A stretch of DNA of 64,000 nucleotides from the NCBI GenBank assembly GCA_040756135.1, contig JBFLZS010000004.1, positions 7,469 through 71,468 of the forward strand, read 5' to 3'. The position numbers and the translations under genes are program-made. A model generated the notes under the pieces. That model did not search any database. It was not told the origin of the DNA and was given only the letters and a program-made list of their open reading frames with translations. The DNA is from Nitrospirota bacterium (lineage in GTDB: Bacteria; Nitrospirota; Thermodesulfovibrionia; Thermodesulfovibrionales; SM23-35). Numbering within the stretch: position 1 is the stretch's first letter; the number at the start of each line of letters is the position of its first letter. Positions 17,418-26,783 of this stretch are shown here, piece by piece.

Positions 17418-18581
17418 CTAATAAGTTTTACTTCTTGCTGCCTCTTTTATCAATGCCTGGCCTATAACATTCCTCTGTATCTGATTTGTACCCTCATAAA
17501 TCTGGAGAATCTTTGCATCACGCATCATCTTCTCAACAGGATACTCCCTCATATATCCTGAGCCACCCATAACCTGGACCGCATTTGTGGTAACACGCAT
17601 AGCGACATCAGTCGCAAAAACCTTTGCCATTGCTGATTCCTTTGTTATATCCTTGGCACCACTGTCTATATACTTTGCCACTGAATAAACAAGCGCCCTT
17701 GCTGCCTCTATCTCTGTTGCCATATCTGCAAGCATATGCTGGACTGCCTGGAAACTTATTATGGGTTGTCCGAATTGGATGCGCTGCCTTGCAAACTTCA
17801 GCGCCTCTTCAAATGCACCCTGGGCTACTCCAACTCCCTGTGCCCCAACGCCTGTTCTCGAGTTATCAAGTGTTTTCATGGCCACAATAAACCCAAACCC
17901 TTCCCTCCCCAGGATATTATCCTTAGGGATTCTACAGTTATCGAATATAAGCTCTCTTGTAGTTGACGCCCTTATACCCATCTTTTTTTCTTTTTTGCCA
18001 AAATGGAAACCGGGAATTCCTTTTTCAACCATAAATGCAGAGGCGCCTCTTGCGCCCTTTGCCTTGTCAGTCATCGCGATTATCGTATAAATCTCTGCCT
18101 CGCCTCCATTTGTTATCCATTGCTTTGTGCCATTTAAAACATACTCATTTCCATCAAGCCTTGCGGTTGTCTGTATGCCCGCGGCATCGCTTCCTGCATT
18201 TGCCTCTGTAAGGCCAAATGCAACGAGCCTCTTTCCCGCTGCGATATCCGGAAGGTATTTCTTCTTCTGTTCGTCAGAACCGAAAAGAAGCATAGGATAT
18301 GTACCGAGGGCATTTGCTGCGAATGTTGTCGAAACACCAAGGCATGCCCTTGATAGTTCTTCAACCGCAATACACAACTCGAGACTTCCTTTTCCAAGCC
18401 CTCCGTATTCCTCAGGGATAAAAAGACCGAAGAGATCCGACTGAGCAAGCACCTTCATTATTTCCCATGGAAATTCCTCTTTCTCATCAAGTTCTTCTCT
18501 TACCGGAACGACCTTCTCCTCAGCTAACTGCCTTGTCAGTTCCTTTATCATTACCTGTTCTTCAGTCAAAAAGTAATCCAT
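17418..18581 (-). CDS. acyl-CoA dehydrogenase (short/medium-chain, butyryl-CoA dehydrogenase-like)
   Basis: 387 aa with the full ACAD architecture (GLTEANAGSDA, WITNGG, YEGTNQIQR). Confidence 0.92.
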   Translation of the reverse strand: MDYFLTEEQVMIKELTRQLAEEKVVPVREELDEKEEFPWEIMKVLAQSDLFGLFIPEEYGGLGKGSLELCIAVEELSRACLGVSTTFAANALGTYPMLLFGSDEQKKKYLPDIAAGKRLVAFGLTEANAGSDAAGIQTTARLDGNEYVLNGTKQWITNGGEAEIYTIIAMTDKAKGARGASAFMVEKGIPGFHFGKKEKKMGIRASTTRELIFDNCRIPKDNILGREGFGFIVAMKTLDNSRTGVGAQGVGVAQGAFEEALKFARQRIQFGQPIISFQAVQHMLADMATEIEAARALVYSVAKYIDSGAKDITKESAMAKVFATDVAMRVTTNAVQVMGGSGYMREYPVEKMMRDAKILQIYEGTNQIQRNVIGQALIKEAARSKTY

Positions 18582-18603
18582 TATTATCCTCTATTTTACT
18601 TTT

Positions 18604-18975
18604 TCATTCTTCAAAATATGCTGCAGATGAAGTCTCAGATTCCCAGACAGTAATAGCAGAGAGATGAATGTTACCGTTATTTATTTTTTTTCTGAGAGAG
18701 TCATAAATCCACTTTGCGATGTTTTCTGAAGATGGGTTTTTCTCGGTAAATGGGAATATATCATTCAAAAAGCTATGGTCAAGCGGTGCGACAACCTCTT
18801 CTGTAAGCCTCTTGAGTTCGTTGAAATCTATTACTATATCTATTTCATTAAGCCTTTCCGCAATAACATGCACCTGAACCTTCCAGTTATGGCCATGAAG
18901 TTTTTCACATTCCCCCCTGTAACCCCTGATCTGGTGAGCTGCTGAAAAATCTGTTTCTATCATCAATTCAAACAT
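18604..18975 (-). CDS. queD: 6-carboxy-5,6,7,8-tetrahydropterin synthase QueD
   Basis: 123 aa with FSAAHQIRGYRGECEKLHGHNW (CxxxHGH motif) and a PTPS fold. Confidence 0.9.
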   Translation of the reverse strand: MFELMIETDFSAAHQIRGYRGECEKLHGHNWKVQVHVIAERLNEIDIVIDFNELKRLTEEVVAPLDHSFLNDIFPFTEKNPSSENIAKWIYDSLRKKINNGNIHLSAITVWESETSSAAYFEE

Positions 18976-18993
18976 CTGTTACTTTCTAAGTTT

Positions 18994-19050
18994 TTTTAAA
19001 TGCATCAATAATAACCGTATTCAATATAAAATAGCAATTAGTCTCGCGAT
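18994..19050. repeat. 57-bp repeat, copy 1 (copy 2 at 20664..20720)
   Basis: TTTTAAATGCATCAATAATAACCGTATTCAATATAAAATAGCAATTAG is identical over 48 bp in both copies, and 7 of the next 9 nt match. Confidence 0.85.
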
Positions 19051-19102
19051 GATGGGGTCCGCGACAAAAAATGGGTAGGAACCTGGGTCCGTTCCAGAGG
19101 TG

Positions 19103-19753
19103 TTAATTTATTTTTTTCAAGCGGATCAATCTGTTTTTGTCCGAGGGGACATTAAACCACATGGTCTGTTCGTAGTATTCCTTGTACTCCGGAATTGCAT
19201 CGTAAAGAATGCTCTCTTCACGTTTTGCCCGTATCAAGATAAGGACAAATTGTAATAAAGCCAAAAGAGATACAGGCAATGTCTGATAGATCATCATCTC
19301 GTCAATGGCAAGGATGATATAAGCGAAATAAAGAGGATGCCTGATGTATTTATAGGGACCTGTCTTGACCAGTGAATTAGCCTCGGGCAACACAGTCAGG
19401 TTCGATTTTAGACTCAATAATGCCCAGATTATGAATAGACCGACAAGAAAATTCAGCAGCGTCCCCGTTTGCCTGAGAATATCAACGGGTGTAAGGCCGG
19501 GAGAAAAAAGGATAACAAAAATGGGATGAATAGATACCAATGAGCTTATGTAGATAGAACTGATTCTTCTGTCAATAAATCTTGGCTTGTTTTTTAGAGC
19601 CTTTATTAAGAAATAAATATCCATGAAATTGATGATAAGATAGGGAAGACAGATCAAAAATTTTATGCTGCTTGCTAAGCCGGCTATTTGCCTGATCATA
19701 AATGAGATGGAAACCAGGATCACAAGGAGATGCATTAAAAGTCGAATTTGCAT
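19103..19753 (-). CDS. ICMT/PEMT-family membrane methyltransferase
   Basis: Polytopic membrane protein with GPYKYIRHPLYFAYIILAI, characteristic of isoprenylcysteine carboxyl / phospholipid methyltransferases. Confidence 0.6.
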   Translation of the reverse strand: MQIRLLMHLLVILVSISFMIRQIAGLASSIKFLICLPYLIINFMDIYFLIKALKNKPRFIDRRISSIYISSLVSIHPIFVILFSPGLTPVDILRQTGTLLNFLVGLFIIWALLSLKSNLTVLPEANSLVKTGPYKYIRHPLYFAYIILAIDEMMIYQTLPVSLLALLQFVLILIRAKREESILYDAIPEYKEYYEQTMWFNVPSDKNRLIRLKKIN

Positions 19754-19786
19754 ATCACTATCCTGATAATTCTAAGAATTTTTAAG

Positions 19787-19940
19787 CTTATTAACGGTCT
19801 CAAAATAGAATTCATATTATTCGGAAAATCTCCCCTCACCCCTCTTTGCCAAAGAGGGGTATGATTCCTCCCTTTGGCAAAGGGAGGTTAGGAGGGATTT
19901 TATAAATCAATGTGCTCACTATTATGAGACTGTTAATAAC
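19787..19940. mobile_element. MITE-like element family A, copy 3 (most complete)
   Basis: TIRs CTTATTAACGGTCTCAAAATAG .. CTATTATGAGACTGTTAATAAC. The core is CCCCTCTTTGCCAAAGAGGGG and CCTCCCTTTGGCAAAGGGAGG. Confidence 0.85.
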
Positions 19941-19987
19941 TCAATTAATTACACATTCAAATATCTGTTACAGTATATCCATACCTT

Positions 19988-20509
19988 TTAAGTTTTCTTC
20001 TTGAAGACCGAGATGTAAGGGAGGTTCCTGAACTGGTTGTCATAATCAAGTCCATAGCCAACCACAAATACATTCGGTACTTCAAAACCTACGTAATCCA
20101 GTGGAACATCTACCAACCTTCTCTCTTTTTTGTCCAGGAATACACATATCTTTAGACTATTAGGTCCCCTCGCAAGAATCCTTTCCCGGACATAATTGAT
20201 AGTAATACCTGTATCAATTATATCGTCTACGAGAAGCACATCCCTATTCGATATGTCTTCCCTGATATCACAATGTATCTTCACCTCTCCTGTTGTATCA
20301 GTCTTTATATAACTTGAGGCCATTATAAAGTCAACCGTAAGGGGGACTTTGATAGCCCTGACAAGGTCTGAAAGAAACATGAAAGCACCTCTGAGAATTC
20401 CGACAGTTAGAATGTTCTTGCGAGCATAATCACTTGATATCCTCTCCGCAAGTTCTTTGACTTTAGACTGTATCTGCTTGGTTGTAAAAAGAGGTTTTCC
20501 TATTACCAT
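19988..20509 (-). CDS. hpt: hypoxanthine(-guanine) phosphoribosyltransferase
   Basis: 173 aa with the PRPP-binding loop VLLVDDIIDTGITI and an Hpt-type N-terminus. Confidence 0.92.
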   Translation of the reverse strand: MVIGKPLFTTKQIQSKVKELAERISSDYARKNILTVGILRGAFMFLSDLVRAIKVPLTVDFIMASSYIKTDTTGEVKIHCDIREDISNRDVLLVDDIIDTGITINYVRERILARGPNSLKICVFLDKKERRLVDVPLDYVGFEVPNVFVVGYGLDYDNQFRNLPYISVFKKKT

Positions 20510-20530
20510 ATGAATCCTCCTTTTATTTGA

Positions 20531-20960
20531 ATGCGTATTGTCAAAACTTAACCACAGAGAGCACAGAGAAAACCGAAACTACAGAGGACACGAAGAAATA
20601 ATTTATGTTTATAAAAGCTCCGTGTTCTCTGTGGTCTAAACTGTGGTTTCATGTCTTATCCTCTTTTAAATGCATCAATAATAACCGTATTCAATATAAA
20701 ATAGCAATTAGCCTTGCGATTATTCGAGGCCCGTTACACACCCCCGCACCCCCGAAAAGGGGCGTTGCCCCAACGGGGCTTTTCGCCCTCTCAAGAGGGG
20801 AATTCCCTCTCCCCTGGCGGGAGGGGCGAAAAAAAGAGGACAAAATGAAACCACAAAAAAAGAATTTCACCACAGAGCACACAGAGAAAAAGATATTTTT
20901 AAGTTTAAAAAACTCTGTGAACTTTGTGTTCTCTGTGGTTAATTTTTGACAATACGAGGG
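20531..20960. repeat. nested composite repeat
   Basis: Left arm CGTATTGTCAAAActtAACCACAGAGAgCACAGAG and right arm CTCTGTGAACTTTGTGTTCTCTGTGGTTAATTTTTGACAATACG are inverted copies. They bracket 20664..20720 and a run of GC-rich hairpins. Confidence 0.7.
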
Positions 20961-21042
20961 CGAGGGTGAGGGAGTGAGGCTTTATTTATGAACTCATTGG
21001 TAAAGGATGTTATAATAAACAATAAGATAATAAGATAATAAG

Positions 21043-23898
21043 ATGTCTATTAGAGTTTTTTATACCTCGTTTCTGTACAGAGAGTCCACAGATATCCTTC
21101 TCAAGGCAGCAATTGACAATATAAAGGACTCTGATTATTCAAAAATCCTTTATATCGCACCCACACCGAGAAAGGTCAGGGACTGTCAGAAGAGATTTCA
21201 TGGGCTAACCCTGTTAGATAACAAACACCTAACAGGGCTAACAGGAGGCTGCTACATCCACCCTGAGATGATGACGATAAAACAATTCTCAAAAAGACTT
21301 TATTCTCTGTATGGAGAAAAAAAAGTCATCCCCCGCTCTCTGATACCGATCATAATATCGAGGCTATCAGACAGGGGGATGGGTTTTGCATCTATTATCA
21401 CTAATTTTATCAATGAGATTAAACAGCGTCATCCTGACAAAGATATCAAAACTATTGGCAAGGAACTTAAGGCTATTTTTCACGAGCTCGGTATTCCTGA
21501 AGAGGTCTCCGTCAGGGCGATGGAGGCTCTCGAGATATTCGATGCATATCAAGAGCTCATGAATAAAAATTCTGCTGTGGATGAAAACGATATTATGGTA
21601 GCCTGTCCCGGCCTGATTGAGAGGCATAATTACCGCCCCACAATCCTTATACTCGATGGATTCTATGAACTTACCGGGTCGGAAGAGGCAATCCTGAAGA
21701 AGCTTATAACAAATGCAAAAGATACCTATATTTCAATCCCTTGCGATACTACTTTTTTAGATATAACAAGCAATTATATAAATTTTCTAAAGCATTACTT
21801 TAATATTGAAGAGGTCTATTTATATCCTGAAAAAGAGGCGATAGATCTTCGACATGCTCAGGTTTATCACCCATACCCTGGAATAGAGGAAGAGGTTGAA
21901 GGTATAGCAAGAAATATAAAGAACTGCTTTATATCCGGCAAGATAAGGGATTTAGAAAAAATAACAGTTACATTCCCTGCATTATATAAATATACAGATA
22001 TGGTAGGCCGTATCTTCACAAGATACGGCCTACCATACACCACCTCGATTTCAAAACCCGCTGGAAGGACACGACCCTTTCTCGACCTGATAGCGCTGCT
22101 TGAATCCGTAGCAGATGATTATCCGAGGCTCTCATTCTCAGAATGCCTTATATCACCCTATTTCAAAAATGTGCCTTCGGCACTTAAGGAATGGATACCT
22201 CATATTTGCCTCAGATCAGGCATAATCAAGGGAAAAGATGCATGGCTCAACCTCTCAAAGGCAATCAGCAATCAGCAATCAGCAATCAGCAATCTTATGC
22301 CCGATCTTGAAAAGGAACTTCGATGGGTCTTCAAGAAACTTGCTCCGCTGGAATCTATCAGGGATGGAGGGAGCTATAGCCAATACTGCGAGGTTATCAT
22401 TAAACTTTTGAATGACCTTGATTTCTCTGATGTCAGCAGTAAGGATATAGATCTAATGGAGCAGGTACTTGAGATACTAAAGGATCTTTCCTTTATTGAT
22501 AACCTCACCATTTTCAATCCTCATATTGCGACCCTCACATTGCGACAATTTACAGATGCCCTGAAGCATATCCTGAATGCTACAGAGACAGAAACAGAAG
22601 GTACAGGTGTTCAGGTCATGGGCTTCCCCGAGATAAGGGGTATCGAGCCTGAATATCTGTACATCGGGGGACTTAAGGACGAAGACCTGCCATCAAAGCC
22701 CGATATTGACCATATACTGCCTGATAGTGTAAGGACACAATTTGGGCTTGTAAACCTGAAAAGATATTTACTCCTCCAGAGATTTACATTCCAAAGGGCG
22801 ATAGAATCAACAAAAAATCTACACCTCTCCTATCCAGTTATGGAAGGGGATAGATTCTTTCTTCCCTCCCCTTTCCTTCCCTGGAACAGAGATGTAAAAC
22901 ATCAGGTTCACGGAATCTTCTCAAAGGAGGAAGATCTCATAAGAAAAGGCAGAACAGCCCTTGCATCATTTATAACAGAGATAGGAGGTATCGAAGAAAA
23001 GTTAAAAAATAAATTTGGAGAGGACTCTTATATCAGGGTCACAGATATAGATTCTTACAGGAGCTGTCCGAGAAGGTTCTTTATAGAAAAGGTCCTCCAG
23101 CTTGAACCATTAGAGATAAAAGAGTATGAGGTCGAGGCAAGGCTTCTCGGAACTATTGCCCATGAAATTATGCAGGCCCTGATATCAAAGCCATTTGCAG
23201 ATTTAGAAGATCTCAGGATTAGAGCAGAAGCGATAATAGACAAACTCCTCTCTGATAAACCTGTAGAAGACTACTGGAAAAAGGTGATTAAGGATACATT
23301 CCTTTCAATCCTGCCAGGAATATATGAACTCGAAAGCAAGCTTGCGGATGAAGGATATTCATTCATGCATGCAGAGGTTCCTGTTAGGGGCGAGGTTATA
23401 AAGGGAATAAAACTGAAGGGGAAGGTAGACAGGATAGATAAAAAAGTTCCGAGTTCCGAGTTCCGAGTTCCGAGTTCTAAGGATAATAAACTCGTCACTG
23501 ATGTTGTTGAGCTTATTGATTACAAGACAGGAACAACACAATTCAGTGGGTCACAGGTAATGACAAAGGGAGCTACACTTCAGTTGTTCCTGTATGCAGC
23601 ACTGTTAGAGGCTCTTGGAAACAAAGTAGAACGTGTAGGCATCTATTCACTCAAGGACATAAAGCTATCATGGATTCCCGGAAAGATTGATAAGAAAAAT
23701 AATCGGACAATCGATGACTATATTGGGTCAGGTCTCCGTTTCCTCAAGGAGACTGTATCAAAAGTGAGAAAGGGAGATTTTTCTGCATCCCCATTGAACG
23801 AGCAGACATGCAGGAACTGTCCTGAAAGACCATACTGTCCGTATGTACAAAAGACGGTTGCGGGGATGCTCCCCTCTCCCCTTGCGGGAGAGGGTTAG
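21043..23898 (+). CDS. addB: AddB-type helicase-nuclease subunit (PD-(D/E)XK nuclease with Fe-S cysteines)
   Basis: 951 aa with the C-terminal nuclease motif GKVDRID..ELIDYKTG plus CPRRF..CRNCPERPYCPY, directly upstream of addA. Confidence 0.8.
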   Translation: MSIRVFYTSFLYRESTDILLKAAIDNIKDSDYSKILYIAPTPRKVRDCQKRFHGLTLLDNKHLTGLTGGCYIHPEMMTIKQFSKRLYSLYGEKKVIPRSLIPIIISRLSDRGMGFASIITNFINEIKQRHPDKDIKTIGKELKAIFHELGIPEEVSVRAMEALEIFDAYQELMNKNSAVDENDIMVACPGLIERHNYRPTILILDGFYELTGSEEAILKKLITNAKDTYISIPCDTTFLDITSNYINFLKHYFNIEEVYLYPEKEAIDLRHAQVYHPYPGIEEEVEGIARNIKNCFISGKIRDLEKITVTFPALYKYTDMVGRIFTRYGLPYTTSISKPAGRTRPFLDLIALLESVADDYPRLSFSECLISPYFKNVPSALKEWIPHICLRSGIIKGKDAWLNLSKAISNQQSAISNLMPDLEKELRWVFKKLAPLESIRDGGSYSQYCEVIIKLLNDLDFSDVSSKDIDLMEQVLEILKDLSFIDNLTIFNPHIATLTLRQFTDALKHILNATETETEGTGVQVMGFPEIRGIEPEYLYIGGLKDEDLPSKPDIDHILPDSVRTQFGLVNLKRYLLLQRFTFQRAIESTKNLHLSYPVMEGDRFFLPSPFLPWNRDVKHQVHGIFSKEEDLIRKGRTALASFITEIGGIEEKLKNKFGEDSYIRVTDIDSYRSCPRRFFIEKVLQLEPLEIKEYEVEARLLGTIAHEIMQALISKPFADLEDLRIRAEAIIDKLLSDKPVEDYWKKVIKDTFLSILPGIYELESKLADEGYSFMHAEVPVRGEVIKGIKLKGKVDRIDKKVPSSEFRVPSSKDNKLVTDVVELIDYKTGTTQFSGSQVMTKGATLQLFLYAALLEALGNKVERVGIYSLKDIKLSWIPGKIDKKNNRTIDDYIGSGLRFLKETVSKVRKGDFSASPLNEQTCRNCPERPYCPYVQKTVAGMLPSPLAGEG
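22261..22294. repeat. 7-bp tandem array GCAATCA x~5 in frame inside addB
   Basis: gcaatca gcaatca gcaatca gcaatca gcaatc, translated as AISNQQSAISN. Confidence 0.9.
23446..23478. repeat. 7-bp tandem array GTTCCGA x~4.7 in frame inside the addB nuclease domain
   Basis: gttccga x4 plus gttct, translated as VPSSEFRVPSS, between the DRID and DYK nuclease motifs. Confidence 0.9.
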
Positions 23899-23909
23899 GG
23901 TGAGGGGGA

Positions 23910-26783
23910 ATGGAAAAGTATCTTGATATAACAAAAAGCGTTATCATCTCATCCCCTGCCGGTTCGGGAAAGACAGAGAAGCTCGCAAGGCGATATATAA
24001 GTTTGCTGCTTGGCGGCTCTGAAATAGAAAAAATACTTGCAATAACCTTTACTGAGAAGGCGGCAGCAGAGATGAAGGAAAGAATTCTCAGGATACTTGA
24101 AAAGGAAAACCCTGATATGTTCCTGAAGGTCAGGGAAAAGATGCCTCTCATGCGCATATCCACAATACATTCGTTCTGTCTTAAATTACTAAAACGGTTT
24201 TCAATAGAACTCGGCCTTGACCCTTCCCTTGAAGTAATAGATGAATTCAATGCATCCATCCTGTGGTCTGAGTCTGTGTATGAAAGCCTTATGGAAGAGA
24301 AAAATAGCCCTGACCTATTCTTCAATATGATGAAAAACAGGGGCGTCAAGGGCTGGGATAATCTATCCAGAATCCTCGATGAACTACACGGAAGGAGGCC
24401 GCATCCAGAGCTTATATTAAAAGAAAGTCGCCCTGTTGAGGGAGAAGAAGAAAAGAAAATCCTTGACCTGTATTCAAGATGTCTAAAACGTTATACTGAT
24501 AAAAAACGTGAAAGACATCTAATTGATTTTGACGATCTTGAGCTACTCGCGTATGAGGCCCTTGTCAAAAACCCTGAATGGCAGAACATCCTTTATTCAT
24601 TTGATGAACATACAGACCATATACTCGTGGATGAGTTCCAGGATACAAGCTCCCTGCAATGGAAGATTATAGACAAACTCACAGAAGAATGGCGCTCGGG
24701 CCTCGGTGCAAAAAGGGATTCTGGAAAGATACCAACCATCTTTCTCGTCGGAGATGAAAAACAGTCCATCTATCTCTTCAGGGGTGCAAATGTAAGCGTC
24801 TTTCGGGATGCAAAGGAGAAATTTTCCGAATGGCTCAGTAATGAATATTACTTTGAAGAGATACGGGAAAACTACAGGAGTCTGCCTGAAATAGTAAACT
24901 TTACAAACAGTCTTTTCAAAAGATTAATGCCTCCAACCCTGTATGAAAAATGGCGTACTATGTACACACCATTTGAGACAACAAGGGTAGGCAATGGCCA
25001 TGTCGAGCTTATCCTGATGGAAGGTAGTGAAGGCATAAAAAAGAGGCGTGAACAGGAAGCCTCGGCCTTATCAAAAAGGATACAATCATTAATTAATCAA
25101 TACGAGGTATGGGATGGGGAGACAAAGAGAACCTGCACCTATGGTGATATCGCGATACTTTTAAGAAAGAGAACACACCTCGGCATATTTGAAGATGCAT
25201 TAAGAAGAGAGGGAGTACCCTTCATTGTATTAAAAGGTATTGGTTTTTACGATGAGCCAGAGGTTGCAGTACTGAGAGAACTGCTTTCTTTTATCATTGA
25301 TCCGATGGATGATTATAGCCTGTTCTGTCTCCTCAGGTCTCCTCTTTTTGGTATTGACTACAGGATATTATTCAGACTGATTGATAAAAAAGGTGACCTC
25401 ACTTTATTAGAGAAACTTCAATCTCAAATCCCCCCTTCCCCCCCTTTACTAAAGGGGGGAAGGGGGGGATTAATGGCCCGTCATTTATCTGAGGCATTTA
25501 ATCTTATCTCCGGCTGGATCAGGAGATCTGCACATACACCCCTTGCTATTCTCCTTGAGGATGCGCTTTCAGAGACAAAGGGGTGGCAGTATTACTGGGA
25601 AAAACAGAGATATGTAAACATAAAAAAATTCATAGGACTTATTGAACAATATGAGTCACAAGGTTTCTCCAGCCTTGACATAAGGGAAAAACTCATCAAG
25701 GCAAGATGGGGTGAGGAGGCGAAGGCAAACATTAATACAGAGGGTATGAATGCTGTAAAGATAATGACAATTCATGCTGCTAAAGGCCTCCAGTTTCCAG
25801 TAGTATTCCTTCCGTCACTTGATGAAGATAATCTTCCAAGAAGCAGCTCAATAGTGATAGAGGAAGATGGAGAAAGGCTCTCTTTATCATACGAAGAAGA
25901 CCCTAATAAGAGGAAAAAGATTGGACATTTCATCAGGCGAAGGGAAAAAGAACTCGAAGAGGAAAAAAGACTCTTTTATGTTGCAATCACAAGGGCAAGG
26001 GATTTCCTCTGTATGCTCGGTGCACCAAAGAAAGAAGAAAAACATAAAGGAAGGCTCGCATATGTTACTGATAACCTCGAACACCTCTCTTCTCTCAAGA
26101 TAATAACCGAATCGGATATTAATGTCTTTAAAAATCCCCCCATCCCCCCTTTACCAAAGGGGGGTAAGGGGGGATTTATTTCTTACGAATTTTCAGAACA
26201 ATTCTTGTTTGAACCAGCATACACAGAACCCATCTCATATGAACCTTCACTCAAATGGCAGGATGTCACAGAGGATTTAGACATAAGGGTAAAACACGGT
26301 GAAGACTGGGTCTTACTTGGAAAGGTTTTTCATAGTCTCTTTGAAGAGCTCGCAAAGGGGATCATAAGGTTTGACGAAATAGAGAGAAGAACATTGATAC
26401 TTTTAAGAAATGAGATACATATAAAAAAAGATATAGAAAGATTGATGGAGATTATAAGAAAAGATTTTGAAAAGCTTGATTCATCGGGGTATCTAAAAGA
26501 TGTAGTTCTCCCGCAGATAAACTCCTATGCAGAGCTTCCTTTTATCATGCAGAAAGGAAACACAGTCTTCAGGGGCAGGATAGACAGGATTGTTATAAAA
26601 GATAATATCGCCAATATTTATGATTATAAGACCTTTCCTGTAAAAGAAAGAGAATTATCAGAACTTATTGATGAATACAGGTTCCAGATGGACATTTACA
26701 CGGCTGCTGCAGAAAAATTACTTTCCCTCAAGACAAAAGGGTACATCTTGTTTACACATTTGCCTTTACTGGTAGAGGTTTAG
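23910..26783 (+). CDS. addA: AddA-type UvrD-family helicase with C-terminal PD-(D/E)XK nuclease
   Basis: 957 aa with Walker A SPAGSGKTEKL, DEFQDTS, helicase motifs (IMTIHAAKGLQFP, YVAITRAR) and C-terminal GRIDRIV..IYDYKT. Confidence 0.85.
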   Translation: MEKYLDITKSVIISSPAGSGKTEKLARRYISLLLGGSEIEKILAITFTEKAAAEMKERILRILEKENPDMFLKVREKMPLMRISTIHSFCLKLLKRFSIELGLDPSLEVIDEFNASILWSESVYESLMEEKNSPDLFFNMMKNRGVKGWDNLSRILDELHGRRPHPELILKESRPVEGEEEKKILDLYSRCLKRYTDKKRERHLIDFDDLELLAYEALVKNPEWQNILYSFDEHTDHILVDEFQDTSSLQWKIIDKLTEEWRSGLGAKRDSGKIPTIFLVGDEKQSIYLFRGANVSVFRDAKEKFSEWLSNEYYFEEIRENYRSLPEIVNFTNSLFKRLMPPTLYEKWRTMYTPFETTRVGNGHVELILMEGSEGIKKRREQEASALSKRIQSLINQYEVWDGETKRTCTYGDIAILLRKRTHLGIFEDALRREGVPFIVLKGIGFYDEPEVAVLRELLSFIIDPMDDYSLFCLLRSPLFGIDYRILFRLIDKKGDLTLLEKLQSQIPPSPPLLKGGRGGLMARHLSEAFNLISGWIRRSAHTPLAILLEDALSETKGWQYYWEKQRYVNIKKFIGLIEQYESQGFSSLDIREKLIKARWGEEAKANINTEGMNAVKIMTIHAAKGLQFPVVFLPSLDEDNLPRSSSIVIEEDGERLSLSYEEDPNKRKKIGHFIRRREKELEEEKRLFYVAITRARDFLCMLGAPKKEEKHKGRLAYVTDNLEHLSSLKIITESDINVFKNPPIPPLPKGGKGGFISYEFSEQFLFEPAYTEPISYEPSLKWQDVTEDLDIRVKHGEDWVLLGKVFHSLFEELAKGIIRFDEIERRTLILLRNEIHIKKDIERLMEIIRKDFEKLDSSGYLKDVVLPQINSYAELPFIMQKGNTVFRGRIDRIVIKDNIANIYDYKTFPVKERELSELIDEYRFQMDIYTAAAEKLLSLKTKGYILFTHLPLLVEV
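25427..25471. repeat. GC-rich palindromic element (family P) in frame in addA
   Basis: AATCCCCCCTTCCCCCCCTTTACTAAAGGGGGGAAGGGGGGGATT, translated as IPPSPPLLKGGRGGL. Confidence 0.9.
26133..26176. repeat. GC-rich palindromic element (family P) in frame in addA
   Basis: AATCCCCCCATCCCCCCTTTACCAAAGGGGGGTAAGGGGGGATT, translated as NPPIPPLPKGGKGGF. Confidence 0.9.

Noticed and set aside
18976-19100. A possible preQ1 riboswitch upstream of queD.
   Set aside because: On the transcribed strand there is no match to the preQ1-I aptamer pattern (a short hairpin followed by an A-rich tail with the conserved CUA). The region is instead occupied by a dispersed 57-bp repeat plus GC-rich hairpins.
20605-20949. 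ORFs 20605..20949 (+) and 20691..20882 (-).
   Set aside because: Both lie wholly inside the nested composite repeat. Their translations are low-complexity readings of repeat units (TEHTEK.., GRGNSPLER..).
23744-24349. 201-aa minus-strand ORF spanning the addB/addA junction.
   Set aside because: It is antisense to two strongly supported helicase-nuclease genes and has no recognisable motifs. The other long antisense ORFs inside clpB, dnaJ, acd, the B12-rSAM gene, the kinase, moeA, PBP1A and pfk were rejected for the same reason.
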